Shown: positions 14,005 through 27,805 of the stretch, one piece after another
How the letters are laid out: every line of letters starts with the position of its first letter
Numbering within the stretch: the stretch's first letter is position 1
NCBI GenBank assembly: GCA_964016885.1
Contig: OZ024740.1
Coordinates: 387,252,001 to 387,316,000, forward strand
Source: Eledone cirrhosa
Lineage: Eukaryota
Reading direction: 5' to 3'
DNA: 64,000 bases
Position numbers and translations under genes: made by a program
The notes under the pieces: model-generated
The model's database searches: none
The model's input: the letters and a program-made list of their open reading frames with translations, nothing else
Told to the model about the DNA's origin: nothing

Positions 14005-14009
<5 letters not shown>

Positions 14010-14740
14010 TTGATTGGAAATGAACGAAGCATGCATGCTCTGTTGGATGTGTAATAGTAATATACACAAACGGCAAAACATAAATGAACTAAGTGAGAAA
14101 TTAGGAATAAGAGGGATCAGATGCAGTTTATGTTGGTATGGTTATGTGATGCACATGAAGGACGACGGCTGTATAAAAAAGTACAGGGCGATCAAAGTTG
14201 ATGGAAGCTACGGAATAGGTAGACCCAGAAAAACCTGGGATGGGGTGATAAAAACTGACCTTACATACTTGCACCTCTCTCAGACAATGACACAGGATCG
14301 AGACCTTTGGCGCTACGCAGTAATACAGAAGACCCGCCTTCCCTTACATACGAACTTAAACCTACAGTCAGTAGGCATCTCTTAACGCAATATACAACCT
14401 CTACTCCATCCTTCCACTTCCACCCACACCACCCTTTCTCTGTAAAGTTATGTTGGTACCACAGAACATCCAGCCCACACTAAAGTGGTCGTATAGGTGT
14501 CACAACAAAAAGCACCCAGCCAACACTGTAAAATGGTCGTGTAGAGGACATGGTAAAAAGGCTCCCAGTCCACACTGTAAATGTGGTTGGCGCTGGGAAG
14601 GGGCATCCAGCCGTAGAAGACCTGCCAAAAATAGTTCTATACGAGCGAGACATGGTCATCCGACCAATCTTGCCTCAAGTGGGACAATCCCGTCTAACCC
14701 ATGCTAGCATGGAAGATAGACATTAAACGATGATGATGAT
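14005..14740 (+). mobile_element. RTE LINE 3' fragment, related subfamily
   Basis: NEACMLCWMC...WYGYVMHM...GRPRKTW, 3' UTR and (GAT)n tail. Confidence 0.92.
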
Positions 14741-14770
14741 GTATATATTATGTTTTCTTTGTTGTTGCAG

Positions 14771-14811
14771 GCATGACGTTGCAAACCATGTTGAAACTAG
14801 GAATGCTTCGG
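14771..14811 (+). CDS. TADA2B: TADA2B exon 4 (SANT)
   Basis: ttgcag|HDVANHVETRNAS|gtaagt, phase 2 to 1. Confidence 0.93.
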
Positions 14812-16007
14812 GTAAGTAGATTATTTTGTTTAAACTCTCAGAGCATATATAATTCTTTAATCTATATTAAAGTGGGTTATTAGTTCTAGTGAAACCAATA
14901 TTATATCTTGGATATGAGAGCTGCCTATTAGTCTAACACTTATTAACCCCACAGTAGGTTAAAAGTATAAAGCCTGAACTGTAGTATTGTGTAGACAATA
15001 GTTTATATTTCAGTGCCTGGTGCTATTGATTCCTATAGTAAAATAGTAGAAATCATAGGCTAACAGCTGCTCTATGTGAAGATCAACAGAAAGGGTATTG
15101 TGTTCTAGTCTCGTTTTTGTATCATGTTATACATTCTGTCAATATATGATTGTTGATGACATACAAAGTGACTCTTGGGGCATATTTTGAATGCTATCAT
15201 TGATTTGAGCTTTCAAGCTGACAAAGAAATTATTCTAAATAAAAACAATAATTGTAGCTAATTTACAATGTTTTGTGAGAGTAATTTTATGAAGCGATAT
15301 TCTAAATGATATAAAATGAATGTTATTTCCTGAAAGATCTCTTCAATCTTTACAAGGAAAAGCAACCGTTGGAGTGCTGGTGCCATAGTAAAATGTACTC
15401 AGTACATTGTAAAGGGGCTCGCATTAGGAAGAGCATATATATCTGATTTGTACGGTTGGTCTCATTTCTGAGGGAAAACACTTCATTTCCTGTATTGGTA
15501 ATATTAATATTGAAATTACGTTGGCTAGACACAAAATATTTTCAGAGTTAGGGATGAAGTATAGTTGTTGACTGGAATTGATTCCAGAATATTACTGATA
15601 GTGCTTATTTTTATCAATCTCATTTAAATTATAGTTCCAAAACATGAGCCATGAAATAAACTCTTTACTGCAGCTGCAGCTAGTCCAGTTCTCCCAACTG
15701 CACTAATTCCATATTAACATAGAATAATGTTGAGATTTCCTGAGTGTTGTGTAAGAAAATTAAAACCTCTAAATTATAAAGATCATCATATTATTCATGT
15801 TATCTCACAAACATATTCTTCCATTTTCGATTCCTTATTTCTACAGCTTTTTCTCTTGCTAATGTAGTTAAATTTTATGGTTATTAAACATTTGTTGCTA
15901 AATCTAATATTACTCTAATTATTTTATAATATATTTTTTCTGTTTAAATCATCTCATTACTGCTATACTGAAGAGTTTGGATTATCTTGTAATGTTTTCA
16001 ATGTGTG

Positions 16008-16042
<35 letters not shown>

Positions 16043-16135
16043 AAAAAAAATGTATATGCATTTATGTGTGTGTGTATGATATGTATATATATATACATAT
16101 ATATATGTAATATATTTTATTCTATTTATTTTCAG

Positions 16136-16186
16136 AGTGTCAAGAACATTATGCCTCATTTTATCTATTTGGTAGCATTGGGAAAG
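16136..16186 (+). CDS. TADA2B: TADA2B exon 5 (SANT end)
   Basis: tttcag|ECQEHYASFYLFGSIGK|gtaatt, phase 1 to 1. Confidence 0.93.
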
Positions 16187-16608
16187 GTAATTTTGAGTAA
16201 TTTCTTTAATATATTAAGTAAACTTCAATATTTAAAAATTATTTAACAAAGTTGTCTGTTAGAGAGAAACATTGTCACTCCTATAGAACAATGAAGTATA
16301 TTTAGTACCAGGTTTTCATATCTTGTTTTATTCCCACTAAACAGTCTGCTTGCCTGCCCCCCCCCCCCCCCCCCCCCCCATTTCTGTAATTTCCACTCTT
16401 ACTGTTATTGTAGTTTAGAGAATAACTGGCTATTGTTTCTCTTGGCATAATTTGCTGGTTTATTCATAGTTTTCAATTTAACTTCATTTGTTACTAATGC
16501 CATATGGCATTGCCAAATTATAGATGACTGCCTTCTCAACACTATAATGCAATGTTGCTTGTATAAAACCTAATTCTCTTCAGATTAAAATTAACATCCT
16601 GTAGTAAC

Positions 16609-16834
16609 TTAATCCTTTAGCATTTAAACTGGCTGTATCCGGCCAGAATTCTCCCACCTCTTTTTGTTCAAACTGGCCATAACTGGCCACGCATACTGAC
16701 GTTAGGGTATTGTTCTCAAAATAAATATCAAAATCTCACAGATTTGATATTTTGTGAGATAATTATGTCAGGTAAAGCCTTTACCATGAAAATACAATAG
16801 TAAATATAGAATAATGCAAATGCTAAAGGGTTAA
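16609..16834. mobile_element. TTAA-flanked piggyBac-like MITE (copies at 34505-34733, 53450-53663; partial at 43681-43850, 60060-60243)
   Basis: TTAA-(c/t)cctttagcattt ... aaatgctaaaggg-TTAA terminal inverted repeats with shared internal sequence. Confidence 0.85.
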
Positions 16835-17384
16835 AAGAAAGTATCTAAATACCAGCAAAGTACTGCTAAGCGTTCTTCTAAACAAATTTAAGGGAAAGGC
16901 AGAAGAATAGGCATGATTCAGGCCAAAAAGATGTACAACAGAATAGATATTTAACATCAGACTGCTGACTGAGAAACACCTGCAGCACCAATCTGAGAAA
17001 TGAATGTAAAACAGTTATTTCATAATTTGGTTACATGAATAATTAGATTTCTATGTCAGAGCCAGTAACTCTGTTGCTACTGTATGCCTAACAAGAGGCA
17101 GCAGCTAACATATTTTGAATTGAATATTTCCATTTCTGTAATATTTATATCTTCTGGATTGTATAATTGATGGCAATTTTATTTCTCCCCTTCCTCCTTG
17201 TGTGTATGTATGTGTTTTCCATGCCAACAAATATTTATGTGGATCTATTTGAATACTAAGTGTTGCCAAATTGTCTGGCATTTTATTTAAGATACTAAGT
17301 TCCATCTGAAAAGACCAAACTAAATTTAAAATATAGATTTTGTGGGTGTGTAAGTATGATAGTAAATGGATTAAATGTGTTAAT

Positions 17385-17730
17385 GGAGGCACATGGCTTA
17401 GTGGTTAGATCATTGGCCTTGCAATCGAAAGGTTGTGAGTTCAATTCTCAGACCGGGTGATGTGTTGTTTCCTTGAGCAAGACACTTTATTTCACATTGC
17501 TCCAGTTTACTCAGCTGTAGAAATGAGATGATAGGGACTGGGGTCCATATCATTCCACTGCAAAGTGGTTGTGGAGGTGCCATGGCAAAAAAGCACCCAG
17601 CACTCACTGTAAATGAGGTTGGTGTTAGGAAGGGCATCCAACTGTAGAAATCAAGCCAGAATCAGTTCCCGTCCCACCCTTGCAAGCAGGGAAAAAAACG
17701 GACGTAAAATGAAATGATGATGAATGATGA
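17385..17730 (+). mobile_element. tRNA-derived CORE-type SINE with RTE-like tail
   Basis: A box tggcttagtgg, B box gagttcaattc, CORE-like ccttgagcaagacacttt..cagctgtagaaatg, (ATG)n tail. Confidence 0.9.
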
Positions 17731-18011
17731 AATATATGACGTGGAGATTAGTAACAATGGAATGCATTAGAAATTAGTCGTTTCTCTTTGACAAATGTTT
17801 AACTTCAGAACCAGCCCATTCAAATCTATCTCTGCTTCTATGAAACAAAACCACCCATCTTAAAGAATTCCTATTGAAATTAAGATCTTCCAACATTATC
17901 TTATATAAGAACTATATTTTAAATTACTATCTTAGTAATGAAATAATAATTTTAGTAAAACCTTCAAACTTCTTCATTAATTAATTGAAATAGAGTGTAT
18001 TTTATTTGATA

Positions 18012-18560
18012 CTAGGCGAATTTGCCTGCGCTTTACACTTTTTTTTGTAAGAAAATTATGATTGATTTTAAATCTGATATAATTTATGGAGAAAAACATT
18101 ATTTTTTGTAATATATCAAATCAAAATTACATTATTAAATTTTATTCTTATTTTGTTTCTTGTAAATAATTTTTTTCAAAATATCAATTCGAAACTTGAT
18201 CATTTCATTTTTGTGTAAAGCATTATTTTCAAATTAGAAATTCAAAGTTCCAATACTCAAGTTATGGGCTTCCTAAATTTTCACTATAGGTGTCTTAATA
18301 TTATTGAAATTTGCTGAAATGTTGTGAATAGGCATCATATCTTGTCATTTACCTATGGTTTAAATGTCATAAATCGAAGGGAAAACATTTTCAGTGGGGG
18401 TTTGTGCCCCCGGGAAACCCTTTGATTAAAATGAAATATACTTTGCCCAGGGTACTTGGATATGTAGTTTCAGAATATATATGGTTATGGGGTCTATCTC
18501 CAAAGCTATAGGAGGAGTTCGTGAACAAACAGACAGGAACTACAACTTTATATATATAGA
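18012..18560 (-). mobile_element. Non-autonomous Helitron
   Basis: On the - strand it begins A|TCTATATATATAAAG and ends gcgcaggcaaattcgcCTAG|T; no TSD. Confidence 0.7.
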
Positions 18561-18815
18561 TATGGTCACAAAAGGTTTAATTACTCTTCGAGAATTGAAA
18601 TTGTTTTCAATGTGAAACTACAAGTTACTTGTGTGGATTTTAGAGTGTTCATTGTTTCATTGTTGCAAAAGAAGTACTTCAGTGGACAGATGGATGTGAT
18701 GTGAGCCAGTATTGTTTTTCTCTTCTTTTTTTTTTTCATTGTCATAAAAGCTATGTGCTCTTTATTTTTGTCAGGCTATAGATTTTATTTTATTTTGCTA
18801 CTTTTTTTTTTACAG

Positions 18816-18869
18816 CTGTATCAATTCCATGTTGCAGTGATTTTGGCCTTGATCTTCCTTCAACTGAAG
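18816..18869 (+). CDS. TADA2B: TADA2B exon 6 (linker)
   Basis: Polypyrimidine tract + tacag|AVSIPCCSDFGLDLPSTE|gtttgt, phase 1 to 1. Confidence 0.75.
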
Positions 18870-20956
18870 GTTTGTACCATTTGTAACATCTTAGCTGGTG
18901 ACAAGTCAGTTTTACTGGATAAAAATACTATACCATTATATCTAACTAAATATATTGTAAATATATTTTTTAAAATAGGTCTTACTGCAGAAAAGATTAA
19001 CTATTTTTTTTTTTTTTTTTTTTTTTTGTTAAACTGATTCAGTCTGATTAAATATTACAGGTGCAAGCTTAGCTGTATGATTAAGCACTTGGCTTTGCCA
19101 CCACCTGCTTTTGTATTTTATCCTTATGAAAGGGCTGACTTAAACCCTTGTGAATGAATTTGGTAGGCTGAATCTATAAAGACATTTGTCTTGAAAATAT
19201 GTTAGATTTTTAGGAAATAACAGTTGAATAGGTCTGGAAAAGGAAAACAGTGAACAGAAATGCCTATGAAAATTGAATCACTCATCTGCCATATATATGT
19301 GTGTGCAACTTAACAGTTGCATGTGTCAAGATTCATACTTTATTAAAAAAAATTGAGGGTTGATATCAGGACAAGCATCTGGCTGTATATAGAATGCCAG
19401 CATGTAAAATCAAACACAGAGGTGATGATAAGGACTTTTATCACTATTCCTTCACTTGGTTTTCCTTTTACTCTTGTAAAATGTATTTTAGAAGTTTTAC
19501 TATTTTTAGTTTGTATGTGTGTATATATATATATATACCATCATCGTCGTCGTTTTAACGTCCACTTTCCTGCTTGCATTTTTATTTATTTATTTGTGTA
19601 TAGCAAATTAAATTTTTTTTCCAGACTCTGTATCAAATCATAAGTTCAACAATACAGCCAATAACAATAATGAATCTGGTAAATATATTTTACATTCAAA
19701 CTGTTTATTTCTATTATTCAGACTGTATAGTATAAAATGAGTTCTATAATTTAAAGCAGACAAAGATTTCTTTACCATCGTTCTAATGAAAGGTTTGACA
19801 ATCTTTGTAATTAATTAAAACACCTAAGAAATCTCCAATGAGATACAACTTCATTGGAGACCAGCTAAACCTGCACAAGTGTGAGCTGTAAATTTAATTT
19901 CATTTTATTTCATATCCACTATACTATGTGTGCTGTTTCTTCCATCCGTCTACAACAGATTTTGTTCCTTTTAACTAGCAAACTTCCATTCTCTGATGCA
20001 CTTGCCTCTTATGTCTCATTACATACCACACTAAAACCTCCAAATCTCCATTTTCATAACTAAATACAAACAAGCTCACCACCTTTATCTTTGCTACAAA
20101 CATCAACTTTCAAGCTGACCATTAATTTCATCAAATTCACTTGTCTCGGAGGGCCTGCAAGGGCTTTCAATATTATTGTTCCTTTTTCTCAAAGTTGGTA
20201 AATTAGCTGTAGTTGTTAGGATAAGCGTTTGTACAAAATTCCCTGGAAAAACTATTTGTCAATTAAACCAGGAAAAAAAATCATGGCAATGTCTTACTAA
20301 AGAATTCAGAATAGAGCAGCAATGCAAAATAATTGCTGATTTATGCAGCGAGAGAGGTGTAACTGTTGGGCCTTTGTTATGTACTTTTCAAGAATGATTT
20401 TACAAGTATTTCTGTTAATAACAGAAAAAAATAATATTTTAAAATTGCTTGTGTATGACAGAAGAGAATACTAGGATGGTAGGATATAGTGAAACTTTGT
20501 TGGTATTGGAATATCTGGTCAGTGGCTTCAAATAAATGTACAAGGTTTTATTAAATTGTTGTTTGCTTAATCTCAAACCTTTAGTGAAATCTATAGAAAC
20601 TGTAGTGTCATACTAAATCTTGCCATAGTTAGTTATGTGTCTTATTTTCTGGGATCAACTTTGTTTTTCACTGTTCTGGTTTGACAAAGTAAATACCAGA
20701 TGTGTACCAGTATCAGTTCAATTCTCTGGTCACTTTTTTTAGCCTATTCATTAGTAGTAGTAGATGTGTTCTTGCTCTTGCTCAATGAAGCCGGGGTCAT
20801 CCTAAGCAAGTGATCCCAAAGCACCATAGTGCGTAGAGCCGACGAGTAATAGTAGTAGTCATGCAATATTTTTCTGTGAACTCTTGTAAAATGTTTTGAA
20901 TTTATGTTCTGTATATTATTTATGTGATATATAAATTAGTATTGTATTCTTTATAG

Positions 20957-21016
20957 AAACTGGTTCTGTGAATCATAAAAAAGTTTTGAACAATTCCATA
21001 AAAAAAGAAGAACCAG
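20957..21016 (+). CDS. TADA2B: TADA2B exon 7 (linker)
   Basis: ttatag|ETGSVNHKKVLNNSIKKEEP|gtgagt, phase 1 to 1. Confidence 0.75.
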
Positions 21017-21162
21017 GTGAGTGAGGGATTTTATTGGATATTGAAAATATACATGGTTATCAATTTATTTCAATAATTTTGAAACAGTATAAAAATAAGT
21101 TGTTACTAATTAATTTCTATTTAATTTTATGGAGTTCATTGTCTGTATTTATTTTGGTGCAG

Positions 21163-21242
21163 ATTGTGGAGTGGTACCTGCTGATAAGAACCACCATGTC
21201 AGGCGACGTAGCCTTCGTTATGTACTTTTCAGGGATGATTTT
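21163..21242 (+). CDS. TADA2B: TADA2B exon 8 (divergent Ada box 1)
   Basis: gtgcag|DCGVVPADKNHHVRRRSLRYVLFRDDF|gtaagt; corresponds to LGYMPLRDDY/F. Confidence 0.8.
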
Positions 21243-23187
21243 GTAAGTATTTCTCTTAATAACAAAAACATTTTTTCTTTTCTTTGCTAAGTAGGAATCA
21301 ACCTATTTGTTTCTGTAGATCAAGCATGGGCAACCATTTTTGAACAATGGGCTGCATGAGATGTAGCTCATCATAAGGCAGACCACACTACTAAAAAAAA
21401 AAAAAATCAAGGTAATTTTTGGTTAGGTGTATCATTCAGAAAGCCAAACTCGCTGCAGTTTGCCCATGACTGGTGTAGATAATCAAAATTATATAGAAGC
21501 ATGGTTTATGTGTCAACACTTAGTTAGTTTCTTCAAAGGAAAGAATCACATACTTAATCATCATCATTGTATATTCATTTTCCATGATTGCAAGAATTGC
21601 ACAATTCATTCCATCCTGAGTCACTTTTGTTAGTTGCAACAGTTGCACTTATTTCTCCTAGCCTACTCTGATTATGATCAGTTCCTACTTGATATATATT
21701 CACAGTTCCTGTTCATTCTTAACATTATCAAAATTCAGCTTTTTTAACATGGAGGCATGGTATTTTGGAGATAATTTCAAGAGATGTGTGACCTAATGGA
21801 ACACTAAACAAAAGCAGGCCTTTTGTGAAAATATCTGTGATCTTTTATTAAATCTTTGCTCAAGGATTTTGTTTAATGTCTTTGTAAAACATTTAAAATA
21901 TACTCCTGCATAAAGGTCGGTGGACAGTAAAAGAATAAAAATCAGTAAAATATAAAAGAAAGCTCTCAGAAGGTATGGTGATATGGAAATAGACAAATTG
22001 ATAGAAAAAACATAGAATGAATGTATCTTCCAAAATGATCCATGGTAGTGAAAGAATTTGATATAGTCATTGTATAAGTTGTAGGTGTGATGAAACTCAA
22101 TCATTTATGACTGAGTGTTTCAGTTGTTTGATCAACAGACCAACCTGTTTGTGAAATTAGCATAGTTCTCAGGGAGATTCAGTGTGATATGAATGACCTG
22201 TACAGCTGGGTGGACTGGAGTAGTATGAAATAAAATAACTTGCTCATACAGGACTGATTTTGGCTTGGATCTTATGGCTGGATGCTCTTCCTAACACCAA
22301 CCACATTTACAGTGTGGGCTGGGCGCTTTTTGTTATGACACCTTCACAACCACTTTACAGTGTGGGCTAAGCACTTTTTGTCGTGACACCTATGTGACCA
22401 CTTTATTTATATATATATATATACATATATACACAAGTAATAGTCAATCTCATGTGAAAGTTGACCCTAGTATTTCACGGATAACAGGTCAACATTTGTG
22501 GGTCAAGGTATCATCCTGTATGTAGAAATAACACTATTATAAAATCATCATGAATTTAAGGCAAATTTATGTTATTGCAAATACATATCTAAAACTAAAA
22601 ATGTACCCAAACAGGTGCCTACTTTACTGTAGCCTATAGCAGTGGCATACTGGTACATATATTACCCAGGGTAATATACAGTAATTATGAGATATAAATT
22701 GATTGTACTAAGCTAGTCTGTTAGGTTTGATGGATACAAGTAAAAGAGCATCTAAATGTTTATAAGAACTACACAGCCTTGTTTATGGATTTTGTTATTT
22801 ACTAGGACGTATGTTTTGATACATAGAATTGGTAATATTACTATAATTCATTGTTTTTATTTTTATTCGTTTAGAGATCAGTTGGGCTTCTGCCCTTGTT
22901 ATGGTACTTTGAATTCTAGCTTGAATTTCAAGCCTCTCAAAAGTAGTATCCATGTAATAGTCGACCCCATAAATTTAACCTTTAAAAAATGGTTGTGTAA
23001 AAGACACAGTAAAAAGCACTCAACACACACTTTAAATGTGGTTGGTGCTAGGAAGGCCATCCAGCTGTAGAAAACCAGCCAGAAATAGTCCTATATGAGT
23101 GAGACACAGTCATCTGACCCAACTTGCCTCTAAATGGGACCCATCTAACCCATACTAGCGTGGAAGATGGATGTTAAACAATGATGA

Positions 23188-23437
23188 TATATATAAAAAC
23201 AAAACTGACTGTCTGTATGCAGGTGATGCATTTCCAGTTTCCATCCGATTTTGTTCAAATTTGATACATCAGTTATTTAGCTCCTGTGGCATGTCAGCAT
23301 ATAGTTTAAATCTTGCTCTTTTCTAAAATAACAGAGTTCTGGGGCTATTTAAAGACAGCCATGTTGATGAGAGAGTGGAGTGGTCTTTATTTACAGTGGC
23401 AAAAGGTATGCCTGGCAACGATGGGCTCTTTTGCTAG
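23188..23437 (+). mobile_element. Short Helitron-like element (similar candidate at 11960-12320 -)
   Basis: Begins tatataaaaac..ctgtctgt and ends in hairpin gcctggcaacgatgggc + CTAG|T. Confidence 0.55.
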
Positions 23438-23765
23438 TATATATATATATACACATATATAATTGTTTCTACGTTAGGCACAAAGCCAGCAATTACCCAG
23501 TGCATTACTGGTACTTTATTTTATCGACCCCGTAAGGATGAAAGGCAATGTTTGCGTGTATGTATTATAAACCTAATTTGTAATGCTTCCTTTAATATAC
23601 TCATTTTTTAATTTTTATTTTTTGGCCTTAACACTAATTTACAGGTTGTGTACATCAGTTCTTTCAATGATTGTTTCGATTGGTTGTAGCTTAATTACCT
23701 TTGTTATTGCTATTGTTTTTTTCTTGTTTGTGTTCTATGTATAATCTATACATTTTATTCTATAG

Positions 23766-23838
23766 GTGTATGACAAGGATGCTGAATCTTTGATCAGTTC
23801 ATTATCTGTGGAGATAGATGATGAAGATTTAGATATAG
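23766..23838 (+). CDS. TADA2B: TADA2B exon 9
   Basis: ctatag|VYDKDAESLISSLSVEIDDEDLDI|gtaaga; matches YDxDAExLISxL..DD. Confidence 0.94.
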
Positions 23839-25183
23839 GTAAGATTTCAATTTCTATTTCATTGCTTAGCCTGATATGCATGCACACAAACACACACACA
23901 TTAATGGCCCCCTTTGTTCAGGACTGACTATGGGTGTAAACCTGAAAAAGTCCCCTCAAATGTGCATGTCTTGGCAAAGATTTTTGTAGAAGACCAGCAG
24001 GTCAGCCATGCATGCAAATCTCCCCTCTCCATGCCACTAATATTGTCCAAGGGAAAGGAAATGGCAATGACTGATACTATTTGGTACCAGTGTCATCACA
24101 ACTCATTTTTTTCTCACTGAGTAAACTGGAGCAGGAGGATACAATGTGCTACCCCTCCAGTAATCAAACTCACAACCATTTGATTGTACATCCAACACTC
24201 TAACCACTAAGCCACATGGTGATACCTCTAGCTATTTATTTCTACAGTTTTAATATCTCTTTTTAAACCGTCAGAAGAATTAATTGTATGTGGCAGATTT
24301 AGAATAGATGCATTTGATAGTTTATGTGTAATATCTGTAAAATTTGGGAAATTGTGTGAGTTTGTGTGCCATGTGGTGTGGTTGATTGTATTGTTTGGAG
24401 GGGGGGGGGGGGGCATTTCTTTTCCCTCCAAACATTGGAATTCACCTCTCTTCATGGCACATAAGCTTATTCAATTTTATGCTTTTTACTCATGCCATTT
24501 ATCTTGAGTTCCCAAGACTCAATTCTCTAATATGTAATAGGGCAGGGGTTGGCAGTAGGTGAACCATTAATTCCACTGCACTTGACATACACTTGTCATT
24601 CGTCCATGACATACTACCTTGCCCCTTTAAACTCTACCACATTTGCCATACGCCCTTTACACCATACTCGTCATCCTCCTATCCCTCCACCTATTCAATC
24701 TTACTCCATCCTTTTTACACCCACCCCGAAACACAGGACAAGTATTAACCCCCTCTCCCTTTAATAGAGTATGTTGAGCTCAGCAGTTAAGTTAATGGCT
24801 GATAACTTCCGTTGTGCTGGTGCCTTGATAAAACACAATCAATGCAATTTGTCAAGTTGTTGGTGATAGGATGAGTCGGGAGCTCTCTTCACTCCTATTA
24901 AAATCATGATAGTCTCCCCAGCGTTGGTGCCACTGTAAAATGTACTTTTGTCTAAGCAACAAGTATTTTGAGGTCATTTTCCCTGCTGAAGCTGGGGTTA
25001 GCTTTTCCATTTCACACTATCATCTACATCCCTCCTTACCAACTTTTATTTCCTCCTTTATCTTTAGTTAGGGCTTTTTTTGTCTTCCACTTCTATATTT
25101 ATTTCCATCACTTCTTAAATCATGGTGCTTTCATCTAAAGTTAGAGAAAATTAATTAATTCAAGTTTGCTTTGTATTTTGCAG

Positions 25184-25337
25184 CATTCAAATTGAGTCAA
25201 GTGGACACATATCGTCTTCGGTTACAAGAACGAGAACATAGGAAAAGGCTGGCTCGTGATTATGGCTTATTTCAGTTAAATGGTGGCAACAAATTTAAAT
25301 CCCAATATGCTAAAAAGAAAACTACAAAACTTGATAG
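25184..25337 (+). CDS. TADA2B: TADA2B exon 10
   Basis: ttgcag|AFKLSQVDTYRLRLQEREHRKRLARDYGLFQLNGGNKFKSQYAKKKTTKLDR|gtaaat. Confidence 0.95.
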
Positions 25338-27350
25338 GTAAATATTGGTATTGTCTTATTCAATTTATCTAATGTTTATCTTCAGTTTATTGAAGAATAA
25401 ACAAATTTTCCTGTATATTTGATTGAAATTGTTTAACTTGTGTGGCAAATCTATAACCCAGTGTCATCTTATACATTTCATAAAGTATTCACTATAGAGG
25501 AAATAAAATACTTTGAGTTTGTGACATTGTGAATTCCACTATTGTTGTTAGCTGCCGGGATACTGCATCCTTTAAAACCTCCATGCTTCCTGAAATTCAC
25601 CAACACTACACCTGATATTTCCCCTCCATACACACACACACATGTATCTGTGTGTATATATCATGACTCATACACTGTTCACTTTCCTGACATTTGTATA
25701 TTATTCTATGTACTATACATGCACCTTTGATGAGTTGTGCACCTGAGCACTACACAATAATTTCATTATTATTATCCTTGAACCCCAAATATGCCTTTTT
25801 TGATACATTACTGCATAGCACCAGTATTTGGTGGAATGGGGCAATCTATGACTTTTGTAATCCCATTGATATTCAAGCTTCTTGGTATTTCACTTGCAAG
25901 AAATGGGTAGATCAGTAAGATCCAGTTTACAACAGTCCTTTATAATAATTTGTTTGTGACATCTTCAAATATTGATGGAAAAATTGTTTCGATCATAACC
26001 AGCTGGAGTTTCTGTACTACAGAGATACTGTTTTAGTTGTTTTAGTCAATCAACTGTGACCATGCTAGGGCACCACCTTCAAGGCTTTAGTCTGCCTTAT
26101 TAACCATAGTACATATTTTATTGATCTCTTTGTTGAACTGGGAGGTAGCAGAACATGAAGGGATACTAATACAAACCATACCAGGTTTAGTCCAGTGTAA
26201 GTACATATATGGATGGATACAGACACATGCACTGGCTTCTGTAGTTTTCATCTGCCAAATTCAACTCATAAGATGGTCGTCAAGCCAAGGCTATAGTAGA
26301 AGACACTTGCTCGAAGTGACACACAGTAGGATCAAGCCTGGAGTCTCATGGTTGTAACATGAACTCCACCTGACCACAAATCATATTGTAGTTGTTATAA
26401 ATGTTTATTTATGTGAAAATGATTTGGATTATCAACATATATTATATGCCTCATGAATATAAAGTGAAGGCATGTGATTTAGGGGTTAGGATGCTGAGTT
26501 TGCAATTATATGGTCATGAGTTTGATTCCTAGACTGGGTGGCACATTGTGTGCTTAGTATATTTTATTTCATGTTGCTCTAGTTCACTCAATTTGAAAAG
26601 AAGATTTGCAATGACACTGAAGCTAAACTGTATTTCCCTTGAACAACATGAAATGCTTGGATGACTTCCACAAAACACCTTGCAAATCCATAGTCACTCA
26701 GTACCAAAAAGAGCCTAAATATATATCTCTTTCAACATTTATCACTTACTTAAACATGTTCATTCTCAACAAACTGCATATTTACAGTAAGGAGCCTTTA
26801 TATGGTCACTTGGCCTGCAAAAAATAGCAAATATCCTTCAGATTATATTCCCTATCTTGGATAATATGGTTCTAAATACAATGTCTAAAACTAAGGTGTG
26901 GTGATCATGACTGGAATGTTTTATATATAAATCTGCTCATTCTGAGTTCGTCTGTGACTAAACAACACATCTCCATTAAATTTAAAAGATGCGTGGAAGA
27001 ATCTACATTTTATAGTAAATATAACCTCTACATCAATAGTTCATTCTATAAAATTATATTGTAAAAAAACGATTACTAGTACATCAGAAAGGAAAGTGCA
27101 GTGCCCATCACCCTTTTTAGATACTTGGAAGGTATTTTAAAATTGAAAACCTGGTCCAAATGCTTGCAGCAGAGTTGTAGACTCTGCTAAAGGTCTCCAA
27201 AGTCCAGGTGCTAAGCGACAGATAAAGTCTACTATTCAAGTAGACCACAGCAGGGTTTGAACTTGGAATTTAAAAAGCTGCATGCTGTAACAGTTCTGCT
27301 AGTCCTCTGCACTTCACTTGTGCTTTATTTATTGGTCCTGAAAGAATGAA

Positions 27351-27447
27351 TGGTATAGTTAACCCTAGTGGGATATGGTATAGTTCACCCTAGTGGGATA
27401 TGGTATAGTTGACCCTAGTGAGATATGGTATAGTTGACTCTAGTGGA
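27351..27447. repeat. 25-bp tandem repeat x4 inside a decayed SINE
   Basis: tggtatagttNaccctagtgggata. Confidence 0.9.
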
Positions 27448-27725
27448 ATTTAAACTCAGAGCTGGAAGTAATTAAACAATGCATTTTCCCCTATATCCTA
27501 ACAACTCTGCTAATTCTGTTTTAAATCTTCAACAATATACAGTTCAAATATATTCTCATCATTTCCATACAAATTGTTTGTTAGAATTTAATAACCAAGT
27601 GTTGAAGCTTGGTAGATTTTTTTTATTGTTTATTGTTTCAAAAAATTATATTTAGTGTTTAAATTATATTTTGTTTTATTATCTCATTCTTAAATTGTGT
27701 TCCTTATTTCTTTTTCTTCATAAAG

Positions 27726-27805
27726 GGAGTTTCAAGAAAAGTTACGTGTGTTTGCAAAATTTCACACATTCCAGGAACATGTGCAGTATTATGAAAGTTT
27801 AGCGC
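27726..27805 (+). CDS. TADA2B: TADA2B exon 11
   Basis: ataaag|EFQEKLRVFAKFHTFQEHVQYYESLAR|gtaagt, phase 2 to 1. Confidence 0.92.

Noticed and set aside
17385-17460. tRNA genes (also at 39414, 55975-56049, 30070-30143, 7540)
   Set aside because: These are tRNA-derived SINE heads continuing into CORE and LINE-like tails, without a clean acceptor stem.
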